From the IMG/VR virus record IMGVR_UViG_3300048853_000015, positions 1 through 48,796 of that record: DNA of 48,796 nt; one strand, given 5' to 3'. This DNA is from a virus. Lineage: Duplodnaviria; Caudoviricetes. Each line of letters opens with the position of its first letter. The stretch's first letter is position 1. Made by a program: the position numbers and the translations under genes. The notes beneath the pieces are model-generated. The model was not told where the DNA came from, did no database searches, and saw nothing but the letters and a program-made list of their open reading frames with translations. Of this stretch, positions 16,814 through 25,164 are shown piece after piece.

Positions 16814-17017
16814 TTAAGCCCTCTCTGTGCCCTTGCGAGCAGTTGCCTTGCCGCGTTTCGCCGGCGAGACACGTTCGGCCTTGCCGCGTGCTACGGCATA
16901 GGCGACGACATCCTCGGGCCAGTCCTGCGGGACCGGACCCGGTTTGAAGTTGAAGGAATATTTCGAGTTCGGGCGCCGGAATGTGCCCTCTGTGTGGACC
17001 ATCATCTTTGCCATCAC
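16814..17017 (-). CDS. Small hypothetical tail-region protein
   Basis: Coupled to the upstream gene; YAVARGKAERV motif. Confidence 0.55.
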   Translation of the reverse strand: MMAKMMVHTEGTFRRPNSKYSFNFKPGPVPQDWPEDVVAYAVARGKAERVSPAKRGKATARKGTERA

Positions 17018-17430
17018 GATACCTCCGGCACTTCGATCAAAGCGACGATTTGGATGATCCCATGCGTGACCAGCGGGTCTGGATCATCGATCACACGCCA
17101 GAGCTCGACGCGGGTCTGCACCAGCGCGTTCTCCGTCAGCTCGAGCTCTTTCTCATGGACGGCCTTGCGCACCGCTTCCACGATGTCATTGCACGTTCCG
17201 GTGTTGTTGACCTTCGACCACACATCGAGCTGGAGCGTGATCTCCTGGCCGTCGATGCAGTCGGCACCATCATCTACGCCAAAGCTCGGGCCGCGGCTGA
17301 TGTAGGCGTTCTTCTCGCCCCAGGGGCTATCCGGCACCTTGTCGTAGATCGCATTGACCAGCGTCGTGATGGCTGTATCGGCCAGCAACGTGTTGCGGAC
17401 GAGGATCCAGAGTTCTCGTGTCGGGCTCAT
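17014..17430 (-). CDS. Tail terminator (DUF3168-like)
   Basis: IYDKVP, LQLDVWS, DPDPLVTHG motifs. Confidence 0.8.
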   Translation of the reverse strand: MSPTRELWILVRNTLLADTAITTLVNAIYDKVPDSPWGEKNAYISRGPSFGVDDGADCIDGQEITLQLDVWSKVNNTGTCNDIVEAVRKAVHEKELELTENALVQTRVELWRVIDDPDPLVTHGIIQIVALIEVPEVS

Positions 17431-17843
17431 TCGGCAGGGAACTCCGCTTTGACAGCCTTGCGCATTTCGCGCGTGATGCGGGATGCGATGCGCCTGCGCA
17501 GTGCCCGCCAGGACGGGAAGAAGAACGGATTCGCCGGCATCTTCGTCGTTCCGAACTCCTGAAATCTGGCGTAGTAGGCTTGCCGGTTGCCGGCGTAGAC
17601 CGTGAGCCGTATTCCTTTGTCATCAGGCGCGCTCTGGGCGATCACCGCCGCCCCTTGTGGCGCATTGCCCCAAGTCCATCCAATGCTGTCTCGCAGGTCT
17701 CCGCTGTCGACGGGAACCAGGCGCTTCATCATCTCTACGAGCTCTTGCGCGCCCTTCTCCATCGCCTTCCGCGTAGCGTCCTCGACGCGCTTCGGAAGCG
17801 TGACCGTCAGCTTCTTCGTGAGCTTCGCGACACCCTGAACCAT
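17427..17843 (-). CDS. HK97 gp10-like tail completion protein
   Basis: VPVDSGDLRDSI and YARFQEFGTTKMPANPFFFP motifs. Confidence 0.85.
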   Translation of the reverse strand: MVQGVAKLTKKLTVTLPKRVEDATRKAMEKGAQELVEMMKRLVPVDSGDLRDSIGWTWGNAPQGAAVIAQSAPDDKGIRLTVYAGNRQAYYARFQEFGTTKMPANPFFFPSWRALRRRIASRITREMRKAVKAEFPAE

Positions 17844-18187
17844 TAGGCCGGCGTTCCGCTCTCTACCGCAACGTCGATGAAGAGGCGATCCTGTGTCGGG
17901 ATGACCGAGCGAACCGCGTATTCCTTGCCGGTGCGCAGATCACGCATCCGCCAATCTGGGGCAATTTCTCTCGTGTTGCTGCTGCTGCGAACTCGGACAA
18001 CGACCGGCTGACGCCCTTCGAGGCGGCCGGCGATCACAGTCTCCCCGCCTCGCAGGAAGGTAAAGCCAGCTCGGCAGGTGAACTGCTCGACGAATTCGCC
18101 CTCGACGTTGCCCTCGCCATCGCTGACGTTGGCGCGCTCATCGAAGGCGACACGCTCGAAAAGCTGTCCGGAACCGCGATCTGCCAT
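17843..18187 (-). CDS. Head closure / head-tail adaptor protein
   Basis: GQLFERVAF...GGETVIAGRL; synteny. Confidence 0.8.
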   Translation of the reverse strand: MADRGSGQLFERVAFDERANVSDGEGNVEGEFVEQFTCRAGFTFLRGGETVIAGRLEGRQPVVVRVRSSSNTREIAPDWRMRDLRTGKEYAVRSVIPTQDRLFIDVAVESGTPA

Positions 18188-18750
18188 CAGACCCTCGCGA
18201 ACCAGGTGAAATTCAGGTCGGTCTCGACTTCGCGCCCGGTCGCTCCGGCCCATTCATCAACCGCCTCAGTGACGCCGAAGCGAAAACGGGGATCCGGATT
18301 GCGATAGTCATGCCCGCCAAGCCATCCGCCGGCCTTCACCTTCGGAAGCCAGAGGGCGATATCTTCCTTCACACCCTCATAGCTGTGATCGGCATCGATG
18401 AAGACGAGATCGAGAGAACCGTCTTCGACCTTTGCCGCTGCCTCGCTTGAGGCCATCGCCATGATCGAGGCGCGGCCCGGAAAGAGCTTCGCCCTCGCCT
18501 CCGCCTGCGCCCGATGCGACTTGACGCGCGCCGGGTCGGCATGCAGAGCATGATCGTCGCCGGTCGCCTTGTAGCGTTCCGGCTGTTTGTCGACTGTCTG
18601 CCAACTGTCGATCATCAGGAGGGAGACATCCTTTCGGCTGCGCAGGATGAATTCCGATGTCTGGCCGATCAGGACGCCGATTTCCGCCGCCCTGGCGCTC
18701 CGCGGCAGGCGCGAGACGATTGCGGAGCCGCGCTGTTCAAAAGGCTTCAT
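18187..18750 (-). CDS. Class I SAM methyltransferase (Methyltransf_24-like)
   Basis: AEIGVLIG, LDLVFIDADHSYEGV, GGWLGGHDY motifs. Confidence 0.85.
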   Translation of the reverse strand: MKPFEQRGSAIVSRLPRSARAAEIGVLIGQTSEFILRSRKDVSLLMIDSWQTVDKQPERYKATGDDHALHADPARVKSHRAQAEARAKLFPGRASIMAMASSEAAAKVEDGSLDLVFIDADHSYEGVKEDIALWLPKVKAGGWLGGHDYRNPDPRFRFGVTEAVDEWAGATGREVETDLNFTWFARV

Positions 18751-18938
18751 GCCGCTACCTCTGAGAGGATATCGAGCGACATGCCGCTGTCGAGGATGAG
18801 GACCGGAACACCGGGAGCGAAGCCTTCAAGGTGCTTGCGAAGACGCGTCGCCATCTCATCCGAAATAGGAGCGTCGACCCTCAGCACAAGCTTGTCGCCG
18901 GGCTTGATCTCAATGCGTCGGATATCTTCGATTTGCAT
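18747..18938 (-). CDS. Small hypothetical protein
   Basis: MQIEDIRRIEIKPGDKLVL; ATGA overlap with the methyltransferase. Confidence 0.55.
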   Translation of the reverse strand: MQIEDIRRIEIKPGDKLVLRVDAPISDEMATRLRKHLEGFAPGVPVLILDSGMSLDILSEVAA

Positions 18939-18940
18939 GT

Positions 18941-19561
18941 TCACCACCCGATTTCCCAAGGGCGCGGCTTTCCGTGGAAGCACACGACCCGCGCGCCTTC
19001 CGGCAAATTACCGTCACCGAATTCACGATCTTTGCGCACCGCCTTCCGAACGTGCGCCTTATACGAGACCACCTGCCCCGGAAGGATGTCCTGCCATCGG
19101 GCGGCGCGTTCCAGCCAGAACCGCTCGAGGAAGGCTTGATCCCCTCCCCGGTGATAAATGCCCATCCATTGCGTCGGGCGATCGATCCAGCATTCCCAGA
19201 CCTTCCGGCGCGAGTCTTCCGGCAAGAACATCAGCGAGCTCTGCAGCCCAGCCGGCCGGTACACGTCCCGCATGATCGCCAGCCGGTCGACGCCGGCGAT
19301 GGCGGCCATGTCCCCGACAATCGAAGTGTCCAGGTCCATAAACAGGATCGGGCCTTCTATCGCTGGATCGAAGAGGTTCATCTTCGACCACCAGCCGGGC
19401 CAGAGGTTCGGCATCGGCACGACCTGCACGCCGGGAACATCGCAGTCCGCCAGGCACCAGAAATCAGCGCCGGGCAGATGCATCATGACCTGATCGCGCA
19501 GCCGAATGACATGCTCCGGCTTGTATTCGCCGCCCGAGCGCATAACAGTCATCACCTTCAT
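18941..19561 (-). CDS. GT-A glycosyltransferase (GT8-like phage family)
   Basis: GWWSKMNLF, LFMDLD (DxD), GDQAFL, VVCFHGKPRPW motifs. Confidence 0.8.
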   Translation of the reverse strand: MKVMTVMRSGGEYKPEHVIRLRDQVMMHLPGADFWCLADCDVPGVQVVPMPNLWPGWWSKMNLFDPAIEGPILFMDLDTSIVGDMAAIAGVDRLAIMRDVYRPAGLQSSLMFLPEDSRRKVWECWIDRPTQWMGIYHRGGDQAFLERFWLERAARWQDILPGQVVSYKAHVRKAVRKDREFGDGNLPEGARVVCFHGKPRPWEIGW

Positions 19562-20214
19562 GCGAGGGCGGTTTCCAGCTTCATTTTCGGATATCTCTCC
19601 AGGGTCGATATCTCGCTCGCGTTGATGACCTTGACGCCAAGCTTTGCGATCTGATCGGCCGCCCCATCGACCGCCCGGCGCCAACGCGCGATGTTCGGCT
19701 CGGTCGGGTTGTTCATCCCGGTCGGGTGCGCGCCGTGCCAATGCAGGCCGTGGCGCGTAGTCATGTCGTAGCCGACGAGGACGATGCGCGTTGCCCCGAA
19801 CTGCAAGGCGAGGTTCAAGGCCTGAAACCCACTGTTCCCGCCCCATCCAACCCGGTTGTATTGAACGAGGTTGAGCCGATCGCTCGGCTTGTCGACCATG
19901 ACGCGCTGCACGCCCCACGGCATCACCGGTTCACAGGCGTTCTTGTCGGTGGAGAGCCGCAGCCCTTCAAAGGTCAGGTCCGGGCCGTATCGCCGCCACC
20001 AGGCGAGATCGCAGGCGAACAGGACATGCGCCCGCGGGAAAAGCTGGTGCGCATTGTTGATGACGATGACCTTGTGCTTCCGCTTGTCGAGAAGGTGTAG
20101 CGGCTGATCCTTCGCGGAAGGACCGCCAGCCACGACGACGCACGTCTTACCATGCCAGTTTGGCCACCAGGACGGGATGTGCTGATTCAGGGCCTTCGCC
20201 AGTTCGAGGTTCAT
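19558..20214 (-). CDS. Maf/MptE-like (sialyltransferase-fold) glycosyltransferase
   Basis: VVAGGPS, IVINN, GGNSGFQALNLA, IVLVGYDM, VINAS motifs. Confidence 0.65.
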   Translation of the reverse strand: MNLELAKALNQHIPSWWPNWHGKTCVVVAGGPSAKDQPLHLLDKRKHKVIVINNAHQLFPRAHVLFACDLAWWRRYGPDLTFEGLRLSTDKNACEPVMPWGVQRVMVDKPSDRLNLVQYNRVGWGGNSGFQALNLALQFGATRIVLVGYDMTTRHGLHWHGAHPTGMNNPTEPNIARWRRAVDGAADQIAKLGVKVINASEISTLERYPKMKLETALA

Positions 20215-20549
20215 GCAAGCGCAGGGTCTCTCAGGGGGTAGAGGATTGCCGTGACGGGCTTCGGCAGATAGCCGCGCTCGAAATACCCTTCTGGATCTTG
20301 ATCGGACTGCTTGAAGAGGAACCCGACGAGCATGATCGTCGCGGTTTTGATTTCGTCAGGTATATCCGTCCCGCTCGGCACGTCGCCGCCGCTGTCGAGA
20401 TAGGCATCGGCGGCCGATTTCAGGTAGTTTATGACCATTTTCGTGGCGCCGTAGATCAGCTGTTCGATCAACGCATCATCGTCGGTATCGTCAAGATCGA
20501 TCCGGAGCGCTCGCTTGACTTCATCGCTAGTAACCAAGGCAGCCGTCAT
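20211..20549 (-). CDS. Head-tail connector (HK97 gp6-like)
   Basis: LVTSDEVKRALRID..DDDALI and LYPLRDPALA motifs. Confidence 0.85.
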   Translation of the reverse strand: MTAALVTSDEVKRALRIDLDDTDDDALIEQLIYGATKMVINYLKSAADAYLDSGGDVPSGTDIPDEIKTATIMLVGFLFKQSDQDPEGYFERGYLPKPVTAILYPLRDPALA

Positions 20550-21415
20550 TTGTCGTCGTCCTTCTTCGGGCCCAAGCGAATTGGCCCGGTCGCCCTCGGT
20601 CCCTTCGTGGTGCCATCACGACCGTCCCGGCCTTTCTTAACGGCGAGGCGCCAGCCCTTACCGCTGTCGGGTTTGGCTTCGGTATCCTCCTGCGCAATCC
20701 AGAACGAACCGCCCCAGGTGACGCCGTCGCCGGCCTTGTAGGCCTGACCTTCCTTGAATACGCCCCGATCGATCACGACCGGCATCGCGAAGGCGAATTC
20801 CTTCACCCGCTCGCCCTTGCTGAACTTCAGCGTGACGGTTTTCTCCCCGTCAAAGGTTGCATCGAGATCGTCGAAGCCGAGGCCGTCTTTCCCGTCCTCC
20901 CCCTTTGCATCAATCCCGTCGCGCCCAACGACTGGTCCCAGGTTTTTCGTTTCGCCGTTGGTCAAGGTGACGACCAGTTTGCCGTCACGATCAATCAGCG
21001 CGCCAGCCAGCCCAACGCCGTCCTTGCCGTCAATGCCATCCTTCGCCCTAGGAAGCTCGCTCACGCGCTTCTCGACCTCAGAGGCAATCAGAGGAGCGAC
21101 ATCATCGACAGTCACGCTCTTGCCGTCCTGTGGGGCGGGAATAGCCGCTACGGCTTCCCTTACGACCGCGTCGATCAACGCTGGAATGTCAGGGAGTTCA
21201 GGCGCCGGCTGGATCGCCTCGATGGTGCATTTGATACCGGCGAGTTCCTCGCCGATGATCTGGCGCACCTCGTCCAAGTCGGCATCTTTGCCGTCGCGGG
21301 GCGTCGGAAGGTCATCAAGACGCTTTTCGAGCGCATCGAGACGCGCCGTGATCGGGTCGAGTTGCGCCTTGACGATCCCGGCGAGTTCCAGGCCAAAAGC
21401 CTTAGCGTCGATCAT
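20546..21415 (-). CDS. Portal-adjacent protein with DGKDG repeats
   Basis: Repeated DGKD/GxDG units; C-terminal RGVFKEGQAYKAGDGVTWGGSFWIA. Confidence 0.7.
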   Translation of the reverse strand: MIDAKAFGLELAGIVKAQLDPITARLDALEKRLDDLPTPRDGKDADLDEVRQIIGEELAGIKCTIEAIQPAPELPDIPALIDAVVREAVAAIPAPQDGKSVTVDDVAPLIASEVEKRVSELPRAKDGIDGKDGVGLAGALIDRDGKLVVTLTNGETKNLGPVVGRDGIDAKGEDGKDGLGFDDLDATFDGEKTVTLKFSKGERVKEFAFAMPVVIDRGVFKEGQAYKAGDGVTWGGSFWIAQEDTEAKPDSGKGWRLAVKKGRDGRDGTTKGPRATGPIRLGPKKDDDK

Positions 21416-22773
21416 GCCGCGATGCCTTTCTGAAAGTAGTAGGCCGCCTCGGTGAAGAACGAACGCTGCTCTGCCTCCGAGGCTCCTTCGGATGCGCCCG
21501 CTGCTGGTTCTGCGGCTGGTGGCGGGTTATTCGCCTGCTGCACGAGCAGCTTGTCGCGTGCGGCGATAGCCTCAAGCGAGTGATCCTGCTGCTGCAGATA
21601 GATGGTATTGCCGCCGGTGACCTTCTTAAGGTCGATGCGCTTGCGGCGCTCGTCGAGCGTCATCACGCTCTTCGCCTTTTCGAGAACATCCATCTGCGTC
21701 ACGCTGTCCATGCGCAGTAGGCCGTCAATGTCGAACTCGGTCCCAATCCCCTCGCCCATGCCGAGACCTTCATCCAGGCAGAGCTCGATGGATTCGATCA
21801 GCACCTGCAGGCACTGCGCGTAATATTCGACGTTGAGCGATTGGATGTTGTTGTAGGTCGGCATGTTGCCGACGCCGATCTTATAGGGCGGCACGTGATA
21901 GGTCGAACAGACGACCTCGGCCGTCCATTTCAACTGTTCGATGAGCTGGCTGTCCGTGGACTTGGCTCGCATTGCCTCATACTTGAGACCGTCGCCGAGG
22001 ACCGCGACCTTGCCGGAGTTCTTTCCGGTGAAATTGGTGTTCCAATATTCCTTGAGGCGGTTTGCCGTCTCTTCGGATATGGCGCCGGGGGCCGTAAGCG
22101 CGCCGCCAGGCTGGGCGCCGTTCTGGAAGAACATCGTGCTGTCGTTCTGAATGGCGAGGCCCTGCATCGCCGCCAGACCGCCGGCGAATATTGGCGACAG
22201 GCCGACCAGCGGGTGAAAGAAGCAGTTGAACCGGTCGTGGATGATTTCGCGCGCCGGTACGACGACGGCCTGCTCGACCCCTACGAGGTTGTCGGTGCTC
22301 AACTGGTAGAACACGCTACCGTCATCGGACACGAGAGGCGTGACGAGGCGCGGATCCAGCACATAGAGCTTGACCACGACGCCGCGGCCGTCGCGCTGCT
22401 TCAGAACGTAGGTGTTGCCCTGCTGGAGCTTCGACAGAACCCAATTTTCCATGAACTGGATGCGGTTCTGGAAATCGTTCGGCTTGCGTAGCACCGGCGA
22501 ATAGGCGGAGTTCGTCGTCTCCGACCAGATTCCGTCGCTATCCTTGGCAACGAGTTTGATCCGGAGCTTCGCGATATCCGAAGCGATCAGGGTGCGGCAG
22601 GCAAAGTCAGCATGGTATGAAAGCACGCTGTCATAGCGCACTTCAACGTTCTGTTGCCATGCGCCCTGGAAGCTCTCAAGGATGCTCCACCAGCCGTTGC
22701 GCCAACGCGAAACCGGCGACAGGGCTTTCTCTTCTGGCTTGGCGCGCGAAATGTTCAGGCCGAACATGCGCAT
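21412..22773 (-). CDS. HK97-family portal protein
   Basis: LRKPNDFQ, GNTYV, GLSPI, FFQNGAQPGG, YHVPPYKIG, YNNIQ motifs. Confidence 0.93.
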   Translation of the reverse strand: MRMFGLNISRAKPEEKALSPVSRWRNGWWSILESFQGAWQQNVEVRYDSVLSYHADFACRTLIASDIAKLRIKLVAKDSDGIWSETTNSAYSPVLRKPNDFQNRIQFMENWVLSKLQQGNTYVLKQRDGRGVVVKLYVLDPRLVTPLVSDDGSVFYQLSTDNLVGVEQAVVVPAREIIHDRFNCFFHPLVGLSPIFAGGLAAMQGLAIQNDSTMFFQNGAQPGGALTAPGAISEETANRLKEYWNTNFTGKNSGKVAVLGDGLKYEAMRAKSTDSQLIEQLKWTAEVVCSTYHVPPYKIGVGNMPTYNNIQSLNVEYYAQCLQVLIESIELCLDEGLGMGEGIGTEFDIDGLLRMDSVTQMDVLEKAKSVMTLDERRKRIDLKKVTGGNTIYLQQQDHSLEAIAARDKLLVQQANNPPPAAEPAAGASEGASEAEQRSFFTEAAYYFQKGIAA

Positions 22774-23021
22774 CAGCGAGTTTCCTTCGCCTCGGCGATC
22801 TTCGCCTTGAGCTCGTCAGCGCTCCAGCCGTGAAAGGCGCGCTTGCCAACGACCTGTTGATACTCGGCCCGCAGCGCGGTCAACGGATCGACATCGGGCT
22901 TCAGCGCCGGCTGGACGGAAGGCTGCACGAATGCAGAGGAATGTCCGAGTTTACCGAGAACGACCGCATATCGACGGTCCTGCGAGCGGAGCGCCCGAGT
23001 CATGTATTTGCTCGTCTTCAT
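22773..23021 (-). CDS. Small hypothetical head-region protein
   Basis: LRAEYQQVVGKRAFHGWSADELKAKI; coupled to the portal start. Confidence 0.65.
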   Translation of the reverse strand: MKTSKYMTRALRSQDRRYAVVLGKLGHSSAFVQPSVQPALKPDVDPLTALRAEYQQVVGKRAFHGWSADELKAKIAEAKETR

Positions 23022-23045
23022 GGTGTCGTCCTCTTATCAAACGGT

Positions 23046-23073
23046 GACCGGCCGCGATTTCTCGCGACCGGCC
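23046..23073 (-). other. GAAA-tetraloop hairpin downstream of the capsid gene (mRNA stabiliser or attenuator)
   Basis: GGCCGGTCGCGA-GAAA-TCGCGGCCGGTC on the minus strand; no U-tract. Confidence 0.5.
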
Positions 23074-23096
23074 CTTTTCAGCCTGGGGAGGAAGGA

Positions 23097-25130
23097 TCAG
23101 GCCGAAGCTGCTGCGGCAGCGCCCCAGTTCACATCGGTGAGGTACGCGACGGCCGAGGCGCGGCGACGTGCCCAGGTGATGGTGCGCTCGGCGCGGAAGC
23201 CGACGCTGTTCGTCTGCCAGAGGGAGACGAGCTGAGCAGCGGTCGGCGTAGTCGAGTTGTGCGTCGGGGCATTGTCCATCTGGAGCGATGCTTCCGTGCT
23301 CATGTCGACATCGATGCCGCCTTCGTCCGCGAGATAGATGTCCGAGGCATTGACGAGCGCTACGATCGCGCCGCCGCTGTCGGTCGGGACAAACTCGGAG
23401 ACGATGACCGGAAGCCCGAACAGAGTGCCCCCGCTCATGCTGATGCCGGGGAACTCGGACTGGCCAAGCGGATTCTGCATCAGCGAGAGGGCCAGAGCCG
23501 TCGTCGCTGGCATGATCCAGACGCCGGAGGTCGGTGCATTGTTGGCGGCAATGAACGCCGCGAACAGTTGGCGGATGTCCTCGCGGATATCGTCTGCCGT
23601 GTTACCGGTTGACGGGATACCGGAAACCCCGTTGAGGATGGACGCCGGCGAGATCCCCGCCGCTGCGGCCTTGGACGGATCGATGAAGTCGATATCCAGG
23701 CGCTCACGCAAGGCAGCCGCAAGCTGATCACGAATGATAGCTTCCGCCGACGGGCTGGAGTCGCGGAGGACTTCCATCGTGGCGACTGCGATGTTCGCGA
23801 CCTTCAGAGGTTCCAGCGTGGTGCGGGTGAAGTCGAACTTCGTCAGGGGCTTTGCGGCGCCTTCTCCTACCCAGTAACCGGCACCACCGGACGTCTGGGA
23901 AATGAGCGGGACGCGGAACGGCACGCGCCGCAACGCCGGGACGCCATTGGCGCCGAAGCGGCCAAGGATCGTCTGCGGACGCAGGTATTCGACGAAATCG
24001 GCGAACAGGCTCGTTTCGTCTCCAACCAGATTGCCGGCCCAGGTGGCATTGCCGGTATTCGCGGCCGGGACAGCGGCTTTCATGAAGAAGCCATAAACCG
24101 GGCTCTCTTCACCGTAGAGGCGCTTCGCCAGCTCGCGCGGGTTTTCCACGTCGAGCTTGGAGAGGGCCTTCACGCGGGCGATGCGGGCGAACATGATGCC
24201 CGGATCGGCCTTCTGAGCCTTTACCGATACCGGAGCAAGGCCGCCACGAACGTTGGAACCGTCGTCTGCGGTCTTGATCTGGTTCGCGATGACCGGCTTT
24301 GCGGTGTGAGCCTGCGCCTTCTCGAGCGAGCGGAACCGCTTCAGGTCGCCGTCGATCTGCTCGACTTCCTGTTCCAGCGTGTCGAACTCTTCCTGTTCGG
24401 CCGTATCGGTCGAGCGGGCTTCATCGACGGACTTCTGCATGATCTCTGCCATGCGGCCGGCCTTGGCCTGACGAGAGGCTTCAAGCGCCGTGATCTGTTC
24501 AGCAATGGTCTTCATTGCCTTCCCTTTCTTCGGGTTGAGGTTGACTGATTTGGTGGTTTTCCCCGAAGCGCCGGGAGAGACATCGGCACCGGTGTCACGT
24601 TGGCCAGGCGCGGCCGGAACACCGGTGTCGAAGGACTTGATGACCGCGATTGCCGCAGCATCCATGTTCTTGCCGAAGCTGGTAATCACCGCATCGGACT
24701 GGGCTGGAATGGTGACGGCGGAGAGTTCGAATACTTCCGTCTCGGAGAAGCGAATGCCGCCGTTCTCGATAAAGCTGTATTCAATGGCCCGGAAGCCGAT
24801 CGAGACTGCGCGGACGAGCCCAAGCTTGATGCTCTGCCAAGCCTCGTCGACGCGGTCTTTCAGCGTGCCAGGCTCGTCAATGACTGGTATCTCAGCCTCG
24901 AAAGTGATGCCGTCAGCGGTAGGCTTGTCGAATTTCACCGTACCGATCGGCTTCTTGTGGTCATGCTGCCAGAGGAAAGGCAGCGGATTCTTGAAGCCGA
25001 CGCCGAGCGGCTCGACGACATCGCCCACACGATCAACCGCCGGCGTCGTCGCGATGCCGCGGATGATGCGCTTGTCCTCGTTGACGGCCTTGACCTCGAA
25101 AAACGAGTAAGCGCGCCGCGTCATGGTCAT
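23097..25130 (-). CDS. Prohead protease fused to the HK97-fold major capsid protein
   Basis: N-terminal LWQHD, SIGF, ELSAVTIPA; C-terminal WVGEGAAKP, GTLFGLPVIVS, FRAER. Confidence 0.92.
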   Translation of the reverse strand: MTMTRRAYSFFEVKAVNEDKRIIRGIATTPAVDRVGDVVEPLGVGFKNPLPFLWQHDHKKPIGTVKFDKPTADGITFEAEIPVIDEPGTLKDRVDEAWQSIKLGLVRAVSIGFRAIEYSFIENGGIRFSETEVFELSAVTIPAQSDAVITSFGKNMDAAAIAVIKSFDTGVPAAPGQRDTGADVSPGASGKTTKSVNLNPKKGKAMKTIAEQITALEASRQAKAGRMAEIMQKSVDEARSTDTAEQEEFDTLEQEVEQIDGDLKRFRSLEKAQAHTAKPVIANQIKTADDGSNVRGGLAPVSVKAQKADPGIMFARIARVKALSKLDVENPRELAKRLYGEESPVYGFFMKAAVPAANTGNATWAGNLVGDETSLFADFVEYLRPQTILGRFGANGVPALRRVPFRVPLISQTSGGAGYWVGEGAAKPLTKFDFTRTTLEPLKVANIAVATMEVLRDSSPSAEAIIRDQLAAALRERLDIDFIDPSKAAAAGISPASILNGVSGIPSTGNTADDIREDIRQLFAAFIAANNAPTSGVWIMPATTALALSLMQNPLGQSEFPGISMSGGTLFGLPVIVSEFVPTDSGGAIVALVNASDIYLADEGGIDVDMSTEASLQMDNAPTHNSTTPTAAQLVSLWQTNSVGFRAERTITWARRRASAVAYLTDVNWGAAAAASA

Positions 25131-25164
25131 GACGGACCTCCATTCACTTCAGGTTGTCGTGGGG

